DNA of 64,000 bases, taken from NCBI GenBank assembly GCA_964016885.1, contig OZ024740.1:423150001-423214000 (forward strand). Reading direction: 5' to 3'. Below, one piece after another: positions 1-20,000 of this stretch; within the stretch, counting starts at the first letter, position 1; every line of letters starts with the position of its first letter. The notes below the pieces were generated by a model that had not been told where the DNA came from, searched no databases, and saw nothing but the letters and a program-made list of their open reading frames with translations. Origin of the DNA: Eledone cirrhosa (taxonomy: Eukaryota). A program made the position numbers and the translations under genes.

Positions 1-2921
1 ATACATACAGGCAGACACACACATATACATACAGGCAGACACTCACATATACATACAGGCAGACACTCACATATACATACAGGCAGACACACACATATAC
101 ATACAGGCAGACACTCACATATACATACAGGCAGACACACACATATACATACAGGCAGACACTCACATATACATACAGGCAGACACACACATATACATAC
201 AGGCAGACACTCACACATATACATACAGGCAGACACACACACATATATACAGGCATACACTCACATATACATACAGGCAGACACTCACATATACATACAG
301 GCAGACACACACATATACATACAGGCAGACACTCACATATACATACAGGCATACACTCACATATAGATACAGGCAGACACTCACACATATACATACAGGC
401 AGACACTCACACATATACATACAGGCAGACACACACATATACATACAGGCAGACATACACATATACATACAGGCAGACACTCACACATATACATACAGGC
501 AGACACTCACATATACATACAGGCATACACTCACATATACATACAGGCATACACTCACATATACATACAGGCAGACACTCACATATACATACAGGCATAC
601 ACTCACATATTCATACAGGCATACACACACATATACATATACATATACAGGCAGACACTCACATATACATACAGGCATACACACACATATACATACAGGC
701 ATACACACACATATACATACAGGAAGACACTCACATATACATATACAGGCAGACACACACATATACATACAGGCAAACACACACATATACATACAGGAAG
801 ACACTCACATATACATACAGGCATACACTCACATATACATACAAGCATACACTCACATATACATACAGGCAGACACACACATATACATACAGGCAGACAC
901 ACACATATACATAAAAGCAGACACTCACTTATACATACAGGCATACACTCACATATACATACAGGCAGACACACACCCATATACATACAGGCATACACTC
1001 ACATATACATATACAGGCATACACTCACATATACATACAGGCAGACACTCACATATACATACAGGCAGACACTCACACATATATACAGGCAGACATTCAC
1101 ATATACATACAGGCAGACACACACATATACATATACAGGCAGACACTCACATATACATACAAGCAGACACTCACATATACATACAGGCAGACACTCACAT
1201 ATACATACAGGCAGACACTCACATATACATACAGGCATACACTCACATATACATACAGGCAGACACTCACACATATACATACAGGCAGACACTCACACAT
1301 ATACATACAGGCAGACACACACATATACATACAGGCAGACACACACATATACATACAGGCAGACACTCACACATATACATACAGGCAGACACTCACATAT
1401 ACATACAGGCATACACTCACATATACATACAGGCATACACTGACATATACATACAGGCAGACACTCACATATACATACAGGCATACACTCACATATACAT
1501 ACAGGCATACACACACATATACATATACAGGCAGACACTCACATATACATACAGGCATACACACACATATACATACAGGCATACACACACATATACATAC
1601 AGGAAGACACTCACATATACATATACAGGCAGACACACACATATACATACAGGCAGACACACACATAAACATACAGGAAGACACTCACATATACATATAC
1701 AGGCAGACACACACATATACATACAGGCAAACACACACATATACATACAGGAAGACACTCACATATACATACAGGCAGACACACACATACATATACAGGC
1801 AGACACTCACATATACATACAGGCAGACACACACATATACATACAGGCATACACTCACATATACATACAGGCAGACACACACATATACATACAGGCATAC
1901 ACACACATATACATACAGGCAGACACACACATATACATACAGACAGACACACACATATACATACAGGCAGACACTCACATATACATACAGGCAGACACAC
2001 ACATATACATACAGGCATACACACACATATACATACAGGCAGACACACACATATACATACAGGTAGACACACACATATACATACAGGCAGACACTCACAT
2101 ATACATACAGGCAGACACTCACATATACATACAGGCAGACACACACATATACATACAGGCAGACACTCACATATACATACAGGCAGACACTCACATATAC
2201 ATACAGGCAGACACTGACACATATACATACAGGCATACACTCACATATACATACAGGCAGACACTCACATATGCATACAGGCAGACACACACATATACAT
2301 ACAGGCAGACACACACATATACATACAGACAAACACACACATATACATACAGGCATACACTCACATATACATACAGGCAGACACTCACATATGCATACAG
2401 GCAGACACTCACACATATGCATACAGGCAGACACTCACATATACATACAGGCAGTCACACACATATACATACAGGCAGACACACACATATACATACAGGC
2501 AGACACTCACATATACATACAGGCAGACACACACATATACATACAGGCAGACACACACCCATATACATACAGGCAGACACACACATATACATAGAGGCAG
2601 ACACTCACATACATATACATACAGGCAGACACACAAATATACATACAGGCAGACACACACATATACATATAGGCAGACACACACACATATACATACAGGC
2701 AGACACACACATATACATACAGGTATACACTCACATACATATACAGGCAGACACTCACATATACATACAGGCAGACACACACATATACATACAGGCAGTC
2801 ACTCACATATACATACAGGCAGACACACACATATACATACAGGCATACACACACATATACATACAGGCAGACACACACATATACATACAGACAGACACAC
2901 ACAGACATACAGGCAGACACT

Positions 2922-3451
2922 CACATATACATACAGGCAGACACTCACATATACATACAGGCAGACACACACATATACATACAGGCAGACACACATACAT
3001 ATACATACAGGCAGACACTCACATATATATACATTCAGGCAGACACACACATATACATACAGGCAGACACTCACATATACATACAGGAAGACACACACAT
3101 ATACATACAGGCAGACACACACACATATACATACAGCAGACACACACATATACATACAGGCAGACACACACACATATACATACAGGCAGACACTCACATA
3201 TACATACAGGCAGACACACACATATACATACAGGCAGACACACATACATATACATACAGGCAGACACTCACATATATATACATTCAGGCAGACACACACA
3301 TATACATACAGGCAGACACTCACATATACATACAGGAAGACACACACATATACATACAGGCAGACACACACACATATACATACAGCAGACACACACATAT
3401 ACATACAGGCAGACACACACACATATACATACAGGCAGACACTCACATATA
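2922..3451. repeat. 249-bp tandem duplication (also at about 29612-30134; single copy near 24950)
   Basis: ATATATATACATTCAGG and the 23-bp unit TACAGCAGAC each recur at +249 (ORF pairs 3019/3268 and 29702/29951). Confidence 0.9.
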
Positions 3452-6391
3452 AATACAGGCAGACACACACATATACATACAGGCATACACTCACATATAC
3501 ATACAGGCAGACACACACATATACATACAGGCAGACACACACATATACATATACAGGCAGACACTCACATATACATACAGGCAGACACACACCCATATAC
3601 ATACAGGCAGACACACCCATATACATACAGGCAGACACACACATATACATACAGGAAGACACACATATATACATACAGGCAGACACTCACATATACATAC
3701 AGGCAGACACACACATATACATACAGGCAGACACACACATATACATACAGGCAGACACACACATATACATACAGGCATACACTCACATATACATACAGGT
3801 AGACACACACATATACATACAGGCAGACACACCCATATACATACAGGCAGACACACCCATATACATACAGGCAGACACTCACATATACATACAGGCAGAC
3901 ACTCACATATACATACAGGCAGACACACACATATACATACAGGCAGATACACACATATACATACAGGCAGACACACACATATACATACAGGCATACACTC
4001 ACATATACATACAGGCATACACTCACATATACATACAGGCAGACACTGACACATATACATACAGGCAGACACACACATATACATACAGGCAGACACACAC
4101 ATATACATACAGACAGACACACACATATACATACAGGCAGACACTCACATATACATACAGGCAGACACACACATATACATACAGGCAGACACTCACATAT
4201 ACATACAGGCAGACATTCCCATATACATACAGGCATACACTCACATATACATACAGGCAGACATTCCCATATACATACAGGCAGAAACTCACATATACAT
4301 ACAGGCAGACACACACATATACATATACAGGCAGACACACACATATACATACAGGCATACACACACATATACATACAGGCAGACACACACATATACATAA
4401 AAGCAGACACTCACTTATACATACAGGCATACACTCACATATACATACAGGCATACACTCACATATACATATACAGGCATACACTCACATATACACACAG
4501 ACAGACACACACATATACATACAGGCAGACACTCACATAAACATACAGGCAGACACTCACACATATATACAGGCAGACATTCACATATACATACAGGCAG
4601 ACACACACATATACATAAAAGCAGACACTCACTTATACATACAGGCATACACTCACATATACATACAGGCAGACACACACCCATATACATATACAGGCAG
4701 ACACTCACATATATATACAAGCAGACACTCACATATACATACAGGCAGACACACCCATATACATACAGGCATACACTCACATATACATACAGGCAGACAC
4801 ACACATATACATACAGGCAGACACTCACATATACATACAGGCAGACACTCACATATACATACAGGCAGACACATATACATACAGGCAGACACTCACATAT
4901 ACATACAGGCAGACACACACATATACATACAGGCAGACACTCACATATACATACAGGCAGACACACACATATACATAGAGGCAGACACTCACATATACAT
5001 ACAGGCAGACACACACATATACATACAGGCAGACACTCACACATATACATACAGGCAGACACACACACATATATACAGGCATACACTCACATATACATAC
5101 AGGCAGACACTCACATATACATACAGGCAGACACACACATATACATACAGGCAGACACTCACATATATATACAGGCAGACACACACATATACATACAGGC
5201 AGACACTCACATATACATACAGGCATACACTCACATATAGATACAGGCAGACACTCACACATATACATACAGGCATACACTCACATATACATACAGGCAT
5301 ACACACACATATACATATACAGGCAGACACTCACATATACATACAGGCAGACACACACATAAACATACAGGAAGACACTCACATATACATATACAGGCAG
5401 ACACACACATATACATACAGGCAAACACACACATATACATACAGGAAGACACTCACATATACATACAGGCATACACTCACATATACATACAAGCATACAC
5501 TCACATATACATACAGGCAGACACACACATACATATACAGGCAGACACACACATACATATACAGGCAGACACTCACATATACATACAGGCAGACACACAC
5601 ATATACATACAGGCATACACTCACATATACATACAGGCAGACACACACATATACATACAGGCATACACACACATATACATACAGGCAGACACACACATAT
5701 ACATACAGACAGACACACACATATACATACAGGCAGACACTCACATATACATACAGGCAGACACACACATATACATACAGGCATACACACACATATACAT
5801 ACAGGCAGACACACACATATACATACAGGTAGACACACACATATACATACAGGCAGACACACACATATACATACAGGCAGACACTCACATATACATACAG
5901 GCATACACTCACATATACATACAGGCAGACACTCACATATACATACAGGCAGACACTCACATATACATACAGGCATACACACACATATACATACAGGCAT
6001 ACACACACATATACATACAGGCATACACACACATATACATACAGGCATACACTCACATATACATACAGGCAGACACACACATATACATACAGGCATACAC
6101 TCACATATACATACAGGCAGACTCACACATATACATACAGGCAGACACTCACATGTACATACAGGCAGACACACACATATACATACAGGCAGACACACAC
6201 ATATACATACAGGCAGACACACACATATACATACAGGCAGACACACACATATACATACAGGCAGACACACACATATACATACAGACAGATACACACATAT
6301 ATATACAGGCAGACACTCACACATATGCATACAGGCAGACACTCACATATACATACAGGCAGACACACACATATATATACAGGCAGACACT

Positions 6392-9300
6392 CACACATAT
6401 ACATACAGGCAGACACACACATATACATACAGGCAGACACACACATAAACATACAGGCAGACACACACATATACATACAGGCATACACTCACATATACAT
6501 ACAGGCAGACACTCACATATACACACAGACAGACACACACATATACAACAGGAAGACACTCACGTATACATACAGGCAGACACACACATATACATACAGG
6601 CAGACACTCACATATACATACAGGCAGACACACACATATACATATACAGAGAGACACACACATATACATACAGGCAGACACTCACATATACATACAGGCA
6701 GACACTCACATATACATACAGGCAGACACTCACATATACATACAGGCAGACACACACATATACATACAGGCAGACACACACATATACATACAGGCAGACA
6801 CTCACACATATACATACAGGCAGACACACACACATACATACAGGTAGACACTCACATATACATACAGGCAGACACTCACATATACATACAGGTAGACACA
6901 CACATATACATACAGGCAGACACTCACATATACATACAGGCATTCACTCACATATACATACGGGCAGACACACACATATACATACAGGCAGACACTCACA
7001 TATACATACAGGCATACGCACACATATATATACAGGCAGACACACACATATACATACAGGAAGACACTCACATACATATACAGGCAGACACTCACATATA
7101 CATACAGGCAGACACACACATATACATACAGGCAGACACACACATATACATACAGGCATACACTCACATATACATACAGGCAGACACTCACATATACATA
7201 CAGGCATACACTCACATATACATACAGGAAGACACTCACATACATATACAGGCAGACACTCACATATACATACAGGCAGACACTCACATATACATACAGG
7301 CAGACACACACATATACATACAGGCAGACACACACATATACATACAGGCATACACTCACATATACATACAGGCAGACACTCACATATACATACAGGCATA
7401 CACTCACATATACATACAGGAAGACACTCACATACATATACAGGCAGACACTCACATATACATACAGGCAGACACTCACATATACATACAGGCAGACACT
7501 CACATATACATACAGGCATACACACACATATATATACAGGCAGACACACACATATACATACAGGCAGACACACACATATACATACAGGCATACACTCACA
7601 TATACATACAGGCAGAAACTCACATATACACACAGACAGACACACACATATACAACAGGAAGACACTCACATATACATACAGGCAGACACACATATATAC
7701 ATACAGGCAGACACTCACATATACATACAGGCAGACACACACATATACATATACAGACAGACACACACATATACATACAGGCAGACACTCACATATACAT
7801 ACAGGCAGACACACACATATACATATACAGGCATACACTCACATATACATACAGGCAGACACTCACATATACATACAGGCAGACACACACATATACATAC
7901 AGGCAGACACACACATATACATAAAAGCAGACACTCACATATACATACAGGCAGACACACACCCATATACATACAGGCATACACTCACATATACATATAC
8001 AGGCATACACTCACATATACATACAGGCAGACACTCACATAAACATACAGGCAGACACTCACACATATATACAGGCAGACATTCACATATACATACAGGC
8101 AGACACACACATATACATAAAAGCAGACACTCACTTATACATACAGGCATACACTCACATATACATACAGGCAGACACACACCCATATACATATACAGGC
8201 AGACACTCACATATACATACAAGCAGACACTCACATATACATACAGGCAGACACACCCATATACATACAGGCATACACTCACATATACATACAGGCAGAC
8301 ACACACCCATATACATATACAGGCAGACACTCACATATACATACAAGCAGACACTCACATATACATACAGGCAGACACTCACATATACATACAGGCAGAC
8401 ACTCACATATACATACAGGCAGACACACACATATACATACAGGCAGACACTCACATATACATACAGGCAGACACTCACATATACATACAGGCAGACACAC
8501 ACATATACATACAGGCAGACACTCACATATACATACAGGCAGACACACACATATACATACAGGCAGACACTCACATATACATACAGGCAGACACTCACAT
8601 ATACATACAGGCAGACACACACATATACATACAGGCAGACACTCACATATACATACAGGCAGACACACACATATACATACAGGCAGACACTCACATATAC
8701 ATACAGGCAGACACACACATATACATACAGGCAGACACTCACACATATACATACATGCAGACACACACACATATATACAGGCATACACTCACATATACAT
8801 ACAGGCAGACACTCACATATACATACAGGCAGACACACACATATACATACAGGCAGACACTCACATATACATACAGGCATACACTCACATATAGATACAG
8901 GCAGACACTCACACATATACATACAGGCAGACACTCACACATATACATACAGGCAGACACACACATATACATACAGGCAGACACACACATATACATACAG
9001 GCAGACACACACATATACATACAGGCAGACACTCACATGTACATACAGGCAGACACTCACATATACATACAGGCATACACACACATATACATACAGGAAG
9101 ACACTCACATATACATATACAGGCAGACACACACATATACATACAGGCAAACACACACATATACATACAGGCATACACACACATATACATACAGGAAGAC
9201 ACTCACATATACATATACAGGCAGACACACACATATACATACAGGCAAACACACACATATACATACTGGCAAACACACACATATACATACAGGAAGACAC

Positions 9301-12300
9301 TCACATATACATACAGGCATACACTCACATATACATACAAGCATACACTCACATATACATACAGGCAGACACACACATATACATACAGGCAGACACACAC
9401 ATATACATAAAAGCAGACACTCACTTATACATACAGGCATACACTCACATATACATACAGGCAGACACATACCCATATACATACAGGCATACACTCACAT
9501 ATACATATACAGGCATACACTCACATATACATACAGGCAGACACTCACATATACATACAGGCAGACACTCACACATATAAACAGGCAGACATTCACATAT
9601 ACATACAGGCAGACACACACATATACATATACAGGCAGACACTCACATATACATACAGGCAGACACTCACATATACATACAGGCATACACTCACATATAC
9701 ATACAGGCAGACACTCACACATATACATACAGGCAGAAACTCACACATATACATACAGGCAGACACACACATATACATACAGGCAGACACACACATATAC
9801 ATACAGGCAGACACTCACACATATACATACAGGCAGACACTCACATATACATACAGGCATACACTCACATATACATACAGGCATACAGTGACATATACAT
9901 ACAGGCAGACACTCACATATACATACAGGCATACACTCACATATACATACAGGCATACACACACATATACATATACAGGCAGACACTCACATATACATAC
10001 AGGCATACACACACATATACATACAGGCATACACACACATATACATACAGGAAGACACTCACATATACATATAGAGGCAGACACACACATATACATACAG
10101 GCAGACACACACATAAACATACAGGAAGACACACACATATACATATACAGGCAGACACACACATATACATACAGGCAAACACACACATATACATACAGGA
10201 AGACACTCACACATACATACAGGCATACACTCACATATACATACAAGCATACACTCACATATACATACAGGCAGACACACACATACATATACAGGCAGAC
10301 ACACACATATACATACAGGCATACACTCACATATACATACAGGCAGACACACACATATACATACAGGCATACACTCACATATACATACAGGCAGACACAC
10401 ACATATACATACAGGCATACACACACATATACATACAGGCAGACACACACATATACATACAGACAGACACACACATATACATACAGGCAGACACTCACAT
10501 ATACATACAGGCAGACACACACATATACATACAGGCATACACACACATATACATACAGGCAGACACACACATATACATACAGGTAGACACACACATATAC
10601 ATACAGGCAGACACTCACATATACATACAGGCAGACACTCACATATACATACAGGCAGACACACACACATATACATACAGGCATACACTCACATATACAT
10701 ACAGGCAGACACTCACATATGCATACAGGCAGACATACACATATACATACAGGCAGACACACACATATACATACAGACACACACACACATATACATACAG
10801 GCATACACTCACATATACATACAGGCAGACACTCACATATGCATACAGGAAGACACTCACACATATGCATACAGGCAGACACTCACATATACATACAGGC
10901 AGACACACACATATACATACAGCCAGACACACACATATACATACAGGCATACACTCACATATACATACAGGCATACACACACATATACATACAGGCAGAC
11001 ACTCACATATACATACAGGCAGACACTCACATATACACACAGACAGACACACACATATACAACAGGAAGACACTCACATATACATACAGGCAGACACACA
11101 CATATACATACAGGCAGACACTCACATATACATACAGGCAGACACACACATATACATACGGGCAGACACACACATATACATACAGGTAGACACACACATA
11201 TACATACAGACACACACACACATATACATACAGGCATACACTCACATATACATACAGGGTGACACTCACATATGCATACAGGCAGACACTCACATATACA
11301 TACAGGCAGACACACACATATATATACAGGCAGACACTCACATACATATACAGACAGACACTCACATATACATACAGGCATACACTCACATATACATACA
11401 GGCAGACACTCACATATACATACAGGCATACACACACATATACATACAGGCATACACTCACATATACATACAGGCAGACACACACATATACATACAGGCA
11501 GACACTCACATGTACATACATGCAGACACACACATATACATACAGGCAGACACACATATATACATACAGGCAGACACACACATATATATAGAGGCAGACA
11601 CTCACACATATACATACAGGCAGACACACACATATACATACAGGCAGACACACACATATACATACAGGCAGACACACACACGTACATACAGGCAGACACA
11701 CACATATACATACAGGCAGACACACACATATACATACAGGCAGACACACACATAAACATACAGGCAGACACACACATATACATACAGGCATACACTCACA
11801 TATACATACAGGCAGACTCTCACATATACACACAGACAGACACACACATATACAACAGGAAGACACTCACGTATACATACAGGCAGACACACACATATAC
11901 ATACAGGCAGACACTCACATATACATACAGGCAGACACACACATATACATATACAGAGAGACACACACATATACATACAGGCAGACACTCACATATACAT
12001 ACAGGCAGACACTCACATATACATACAGGCAGACACTCACATATACATACAGGCAGACACACACATATACATACAGGCAGACACACACATATACATACAG
12101 GCAGACACTCACACATATACATACAGGCAGACACACACACATACATACAGGTAGACACTCACATATACATACAGGCAGACACTCACATATACATACAGGT
12201 AGACACACACATATACATACAGGCAGACACTCACATATACATACAGGCATTCACTCACATATACATACGGGCAGACACACACATATACATACAGGCAGAC

Positions 12301-15300
12301 ACTCACATATACATACAGGCATACGCACACATATATATACAGGCAGACACACACATATACATACAGGAAGACACTCACATACATATACAGGCAGACACTC
12401 ACATATACATACAGGCAGACACACACATATACATACAGGCAGACACACACATATACATACAGGCATACACTCACATATACATACAGGCAGACACTCACAT
12501 ATACATACAGGCATACACTCACATATACATACAGGAAGACACTCACATACATATACAGGCAGACACTCACATATACATACAGGCAGACACTCACATATAC
12601 ATACAGGCAGACACACACATATACATACAGGCAGACACACACATATACATACAGGCATACACTCACATATACATACAGGCAGACACTCACATATACATAC
12701 AGGCATACACTCACATATACATACAGGAAGACACTCACATACATATACAGGCAGACACTCACATATACATACAGGCAGACACTCACATATACATACAGGC
12801 AGACACTCACATATACATACAGGCATACACACACATATATATACAGGCAGACACACACATATACATACAGGCAGACACACACATATACATACAGGCATAC
12901 ACTCACATATACATACAGGCAGAAACTCACATATACACACAGACAGACACACACATATACAACAGGAAGACACTCACATATACATACAGGCAGACACACA
13001 TATATACATACAGGCAGACACTCACATATACATACAGGCAGACACACACATATACATATACAGACAGACACACACATATACATACAGGCAGACACTCACA
13101 TATACATACAGGCAGACACACACATATACATATACAGGCATACACTCACATATACATACAGGCAGACACTCACATATACATACAGGCAGACACACACATA
13201 TACATACAGGCAGACACACACATATACATAAAAGCAGACACTCACATATACATACAGGCAGACACACACCCATATACATACAGGCATACACTCACATATA
13301 CATATACAGGCATACACTCACATATACATACAGGCAGACACTCACATAAACATACAGGCAGACACTCACACATATATACAGGCAGACATTCACATATACA
13401 TACAGGCAGACACACACATATACATAAAAGCAGACACTCACTTATACATACAGGCATACACTCACATATACATACAGGCAGACACACACCCATATACATA
13501 TACAGGCAGACACTCACATATACATACAAGCAGACACTCACATATACATACAGGCAGACACACCCATATACATACAGGCATACACTCACATATACATACA
13601 GGCAGACACACACCCATATACATATACAGGCAGACACTCACATATACATACAAGCAGACACTCACATATACATACAGGCAGACACTCACATATACATACA
13701 GGCAGACACTCACATATACATACAGGCAGACACACACATATACATACAGGCAGACACTCACATATACATACAGGCAGACACTCACATATACATACAGGCA
13801 GACACACACATATACATACAGGCAGACACTCACATATACATACAGGCAGACACACACATATACATACAGGCAGACACTCACATATACATACAGGCAGACA
13901 CTCACATATACATACAGGCAGACACACACATATACATACAGGCAGACACTCACATATACATACAGGCAGACACACACATATACATACAGGCAGACACTCA
14001 CATATACATACAGGCAGACACACACATATACATACAGGCAGACACTCACACATATACATACATGCAGACACACACACATATATACAGGCATACACTCACA
14101 TATACATACAGGCAGACACTCACATATACATACAGGCAGACACACACATATACATACAGGCAGACACTCACATATACATACAGGCATACACTCACATATA
14201 GATACAGGCAGACACTCACACATATACATACAGGCAGACACTCACACATATACATACAGGCAGACACACACATATACATACAGGCAGACACACACATATA
14301 CATACAGGCAGACACACACATATACATACAGGCAGACACTCACATGTACATACAGGCAGACACTCACATATACATACAGGCATACACACACATATACATA
14401 CAGGAAGACACTCACATATACATATACAGGCAGACACACACATATACATACAGGCAAACACACACATATACATACAGGCATACACACACATATACATACA
14501 GGAAGACACTCACATATACATATACAGGCAGACACACACATATACATACAGGCAAACACACACATATACATACTGGCAAACACACACATATACATACAGG
14601 AAGACACTCACATATACATACAGGCATACACTCACATATACATACAAGCATACACTCACATATACATACAGGCAGACACACACATATACATACAGGCAGA
14701 CACACACATATACATAAAAGCAGACACTCACTTATACATACAGGCATACACTCACATATACATACAGGCAGACACATACCCATATACATACAGGCATACA
14801 CTCACATATACATATACAGGCATACACTCACATATACATACAGGCAGACACTCACATATACATACAGGCAGACACTCACACATATAAACAGGCAGACATT
14901 CACATATACATACAGGCAGACACACACATATACATATACAGGCAGACACTCACATATACATACAGGCAGACACTCACATATACATACAGGCATACACTCA
15001 CATATACATACAGGCAGACACTCACACATATACATACAGGCAGAAACTCACACATATACATACAGGCAGACACACACATATACATACAGGCAGACACACA
15101 CATATACATACAGGCAGACACTCACACATATACATACAGGCAGACACTCACATATACATACAGGCATACACTCACATATACATACAGGCATACAGTGACA
15201 TATACATACAGGCAGACACTCACATATACATACAGGCATACACTCACATATACATACAGGCATACACACACATATACATATACAGGCAGACACTCACATA

Positions 15301-17061
15301 TACATACAGGCATACACACACATATACATACAGGCATACACACACATATACATACAGGAAGACACTCACATATACATATAGAGGCAGACACACACATATA
15401 CATACAGGCAGACACACACATAAACATACAGGAAGACACACACATATACATATACAGGCAGACACACACATATACATACAGGCAAACACACACATATACA
15501 TACAGGAAGACACTCACACATACATACAGGCATACACTCACATATACATACAAGCATACACTCACATATACATACAGGCAGACACACACATACATATACA
15601 GGCAGACACACACATATACATACAGGCATACACTCACATATACATACAGGCAGACACACACATATACATACAGGCATACACTCACATATACATACAGGCA
15701 GACACACACATATACATACAGGCATACACACACATATACATACAGGCAGACACACACATATACATACAGACAGACACACACATATACATACAGGCAGACA
15801 CTCACATATACATACAGGCAGACACACACATATACATACAGGCATACACACACATATACATACAGGCAGACACACACATATACATACAGGTAGACACACA
15901 CATATACATACAGGCAGACACTCACATATACATACAGGCAGACACTCACATATACATACAGGCAGACACACACACATATACATACAGGCATACACTCACA
16001 TATACATACAGGCAGACACTCACATATGCATACAGGCAGACATACACATATACATACAGGCAGACACACACATATACATACAGACACACACACACATATA
16101 CATACAGGCATACACTCACATATACATACAGGCAGACACTCACATATGCATACAGGAAGACACTCACACATATGCATACAGGCAGACACTCACATATACA
16201 TACAGGCAGACACACACATATACATACAGCCAGACACACACATATACATACAGGCATACACTCACATATACATACAGGCATACACACACATATACATACA
16301 GGCAGACACTCACATATACATACAGGCAGACACTCACATATACACACAGACAGACACACACATATACAACAGGAAGACACTCACATATACATACAGGCAG
16401 ACACACACATATACATACAGGCAGACACTCACATATACATACAGGCAGACACACACATATACATACGGGCAGACACACACATATACATACAGGTAGACAC
16501 ACACATATACATACAGACACACACACACATATACATACAGGCATACACTCACATATACATACAGGGTGACACTCACATATGCATACAGGCAGACACTCAC
16601 ATATACATACAGGCAGACACACACATATATATACAGGCAGACACTCACATACATATACAGACAGACACTCACATATACATACAGGCATACACTCACATAT
16701 ACATACAGGCAGACACTCACATATACATACAGGCATACACACACATATACATACAGGCATACACTCACATATACATACAGGCAGACACACACATATACAT
16801 ACAGGCAGACACTCACATGTACATACATGCAGACACACACATATACATACAGGCAGACACACATATATACATACAGGCAGACACACACATATATATAGAG
16901 GCAGACACTCACACATATACATACAGGCAGACACACACATATACATACAGGCAGACACACACATATACATACAGGCAGACACACACACGTACATACAGGC
17001 AGACACACACATATACATACAGGCAGACACACACATATACATACAGGCAGACACACACATA
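6392..17061. repeat. Near-identical 5,307-bp tandem duplication inside the satellite (6392-11754 vs 11699-17061)
   Basis: Constant offset of 5307 between ORF pairs (6513/11820, 7935/13242, 9888/15195, 11272/16579) and between rare variants. One difference noticed: A6511 vs T11818. Confidence 0.93.
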
Positions 17062-20000
17062 TACATACAGGCAGACACACACATATATATACAGGCAGAC
17101 ACACACATATACATACAGGCAGACACACACATATACATACAGCCAGACACACACATATACATACAGGCAGACACACACATATACATACAGACAGACACAC
17201 ACATATACATACAGGCAGACACACACATATACATACAGGCAGACACACACATATACATACAGACAGATACACACATATATATACAGGCAGACACTCACAC
17301 ATATACATACAGGCAGACACTCACATATACATACAGGCAGACACTCACATATACATACAGGCATACACTCACATATACATACAGGCAGACACTCACATAT
17401 ACACACAGGCAGACACTCACATATACATACAGGCATACGCACACATATATATACAGGCAGACACACACATATACATACAGGAAGACACTCACATACATAT
17501 ACAGGCAGACACTCACATATACATACAGGCAGACACACACATATACATACAGGCAGACACACACATATACATACAGGCATACACTCACATATACATACAG
17601 GCAGACACTCACATATACATACAGGCATACACTCACATATACATACAGGAAGACACTCACATACATATACAGGCAGACACTCACATATACATACAGGCAG
17701 ACACTCACATATACATACAGGCAGACACACACATATACATACAGGCAGACACACACATATACATACAGGCATACACTCACATATACATACAGGCAGACAC
17801 ACACATATACATACAGGCATACACTCACATATACATACAGGAAGACACTCACATACATATACAGGCAGACACTCACATATACATACAGGCAGACACTCAC
17901 ATATACATACAGGCAGACACTCACATATACATACAGGCATACACACACATATATACACAGGCAGACACACACATATACATACAGGCAGACACACACATAT
18001 ACATACAGGCATACACTCACATATACATACAGGCAGAAACTCACATATACACACAGACAGACACACACATATACAACAGGAAGACACTCACATATACATA
18101 CAGGCAGACACACATATATACATACAGGCAGACACTCACATATACATACAGGCAGACACACACATATACATATACAGACAGACACACACATATACATACA
18201 GGCAGACACTCACATATACATACAGGGTGACACTCACATATACATACAGGCAGACACTCACATATACATATACAGGCAGACACTCACATATACATACAGA
18301 CACACACACACATATACATACAGGCATACACTCACATATACATACAGGCAGACACACACATATACATACAGGCAGACACTCACATATACATAGAGGCAGA
18401 CACACACATATACATATACAGGCATACACTCACATATACATACAGGCAGACACTCACATATACATACAGGCACACACACACATATACATACAGGCAGACA
18501 CACACATATACATACAGGCAGACACTGACACATATACATACAGGCACACACACACATATACATACAGGCAGACACACACATATACATACAGGCAGACACT
18601 GACACATATACATACAGGCAGACACACACATATACATACGGGCAGACACACACATATACATACAGGCAGACACTGACACATATACACACAGACAGACACA
18701 CACATATACATACAGGCAGACACTCACATATACATACAGGCAGACACTCACATATACACACAGACAGACACACACATATACATACAGGCAGACACTCACA
18801 TATACATACAGGCAGACACTCACATATACACACAGACAGACACTCACATATACATACAGGCAGACACTCACATATACATACAGGCAGACACTCACATATA
18901 CATACAGGTAGACACACACATATACATACAGGCAGACACTCACATATACATACAGGCAGACACTCACATATACATACAGGCAGACACTCACATATACATA
19001 CAGGCAGACACACACATATACATACAGGCAGACACACACATATACATACAGGCAGACACTGACACATATACATACAGGCATACACTCACATATACATACA
19101 GGCAGACACTCACATATACATACAGGCAGACACTCACATATACATACAGGTAGACACACACATATACATACAGGCAGACACTCACATATACATACAGGCA
19201 GACACTCACATATACATACAGGCAGACACATACATATACATACGGGCAGACACACACATATACATACAGGCAGACACACACATATACATACAGACACACA
19301 CACACATATACATACAGGCATACACTCACATATACATACAGGCAGACACTCACATATGCATACAGGCAGACACTCACATATACATACAGGCAGACACTCA
19401 CGTATGCATACAGGCAGACACTCACATATACATACAGGCAGACACACACATATACATACAGGCAGACACTCACGTATGCATACAGGCAGACACTCACATA
19501 TACATACAGGCAGACACACACATATACATACAGGCATACACTCACATATACATACAGGCAGACACTCACATGTACATACAGGCATACACTCACATATACA
19601 TACAGGCAGACACTCACATATACATACAGGCATACACACACATATACATACAGGCATACACTCACATATACATACAGGCAGACACTCACATGTACATACA
19701 GGCATACACTCACATATACATACAGGCAGACACTCACATATACATACAGGCATACACACACATATACATTCAGGCATACACTCACATATACATACAGGCA
19801 GACACACACATATACATACAGGCAGACACACACATATACATACAGGCAGACACACACATATACATACAGGCAGACACTCACATGTACATACAGGCAGACA
19901 CACACATATACATACAGGCAGACACACAATTATACATACAGGCAGACACACACACGTACATACAGGCAGACACACACATATACATACAGGCAGACACACA

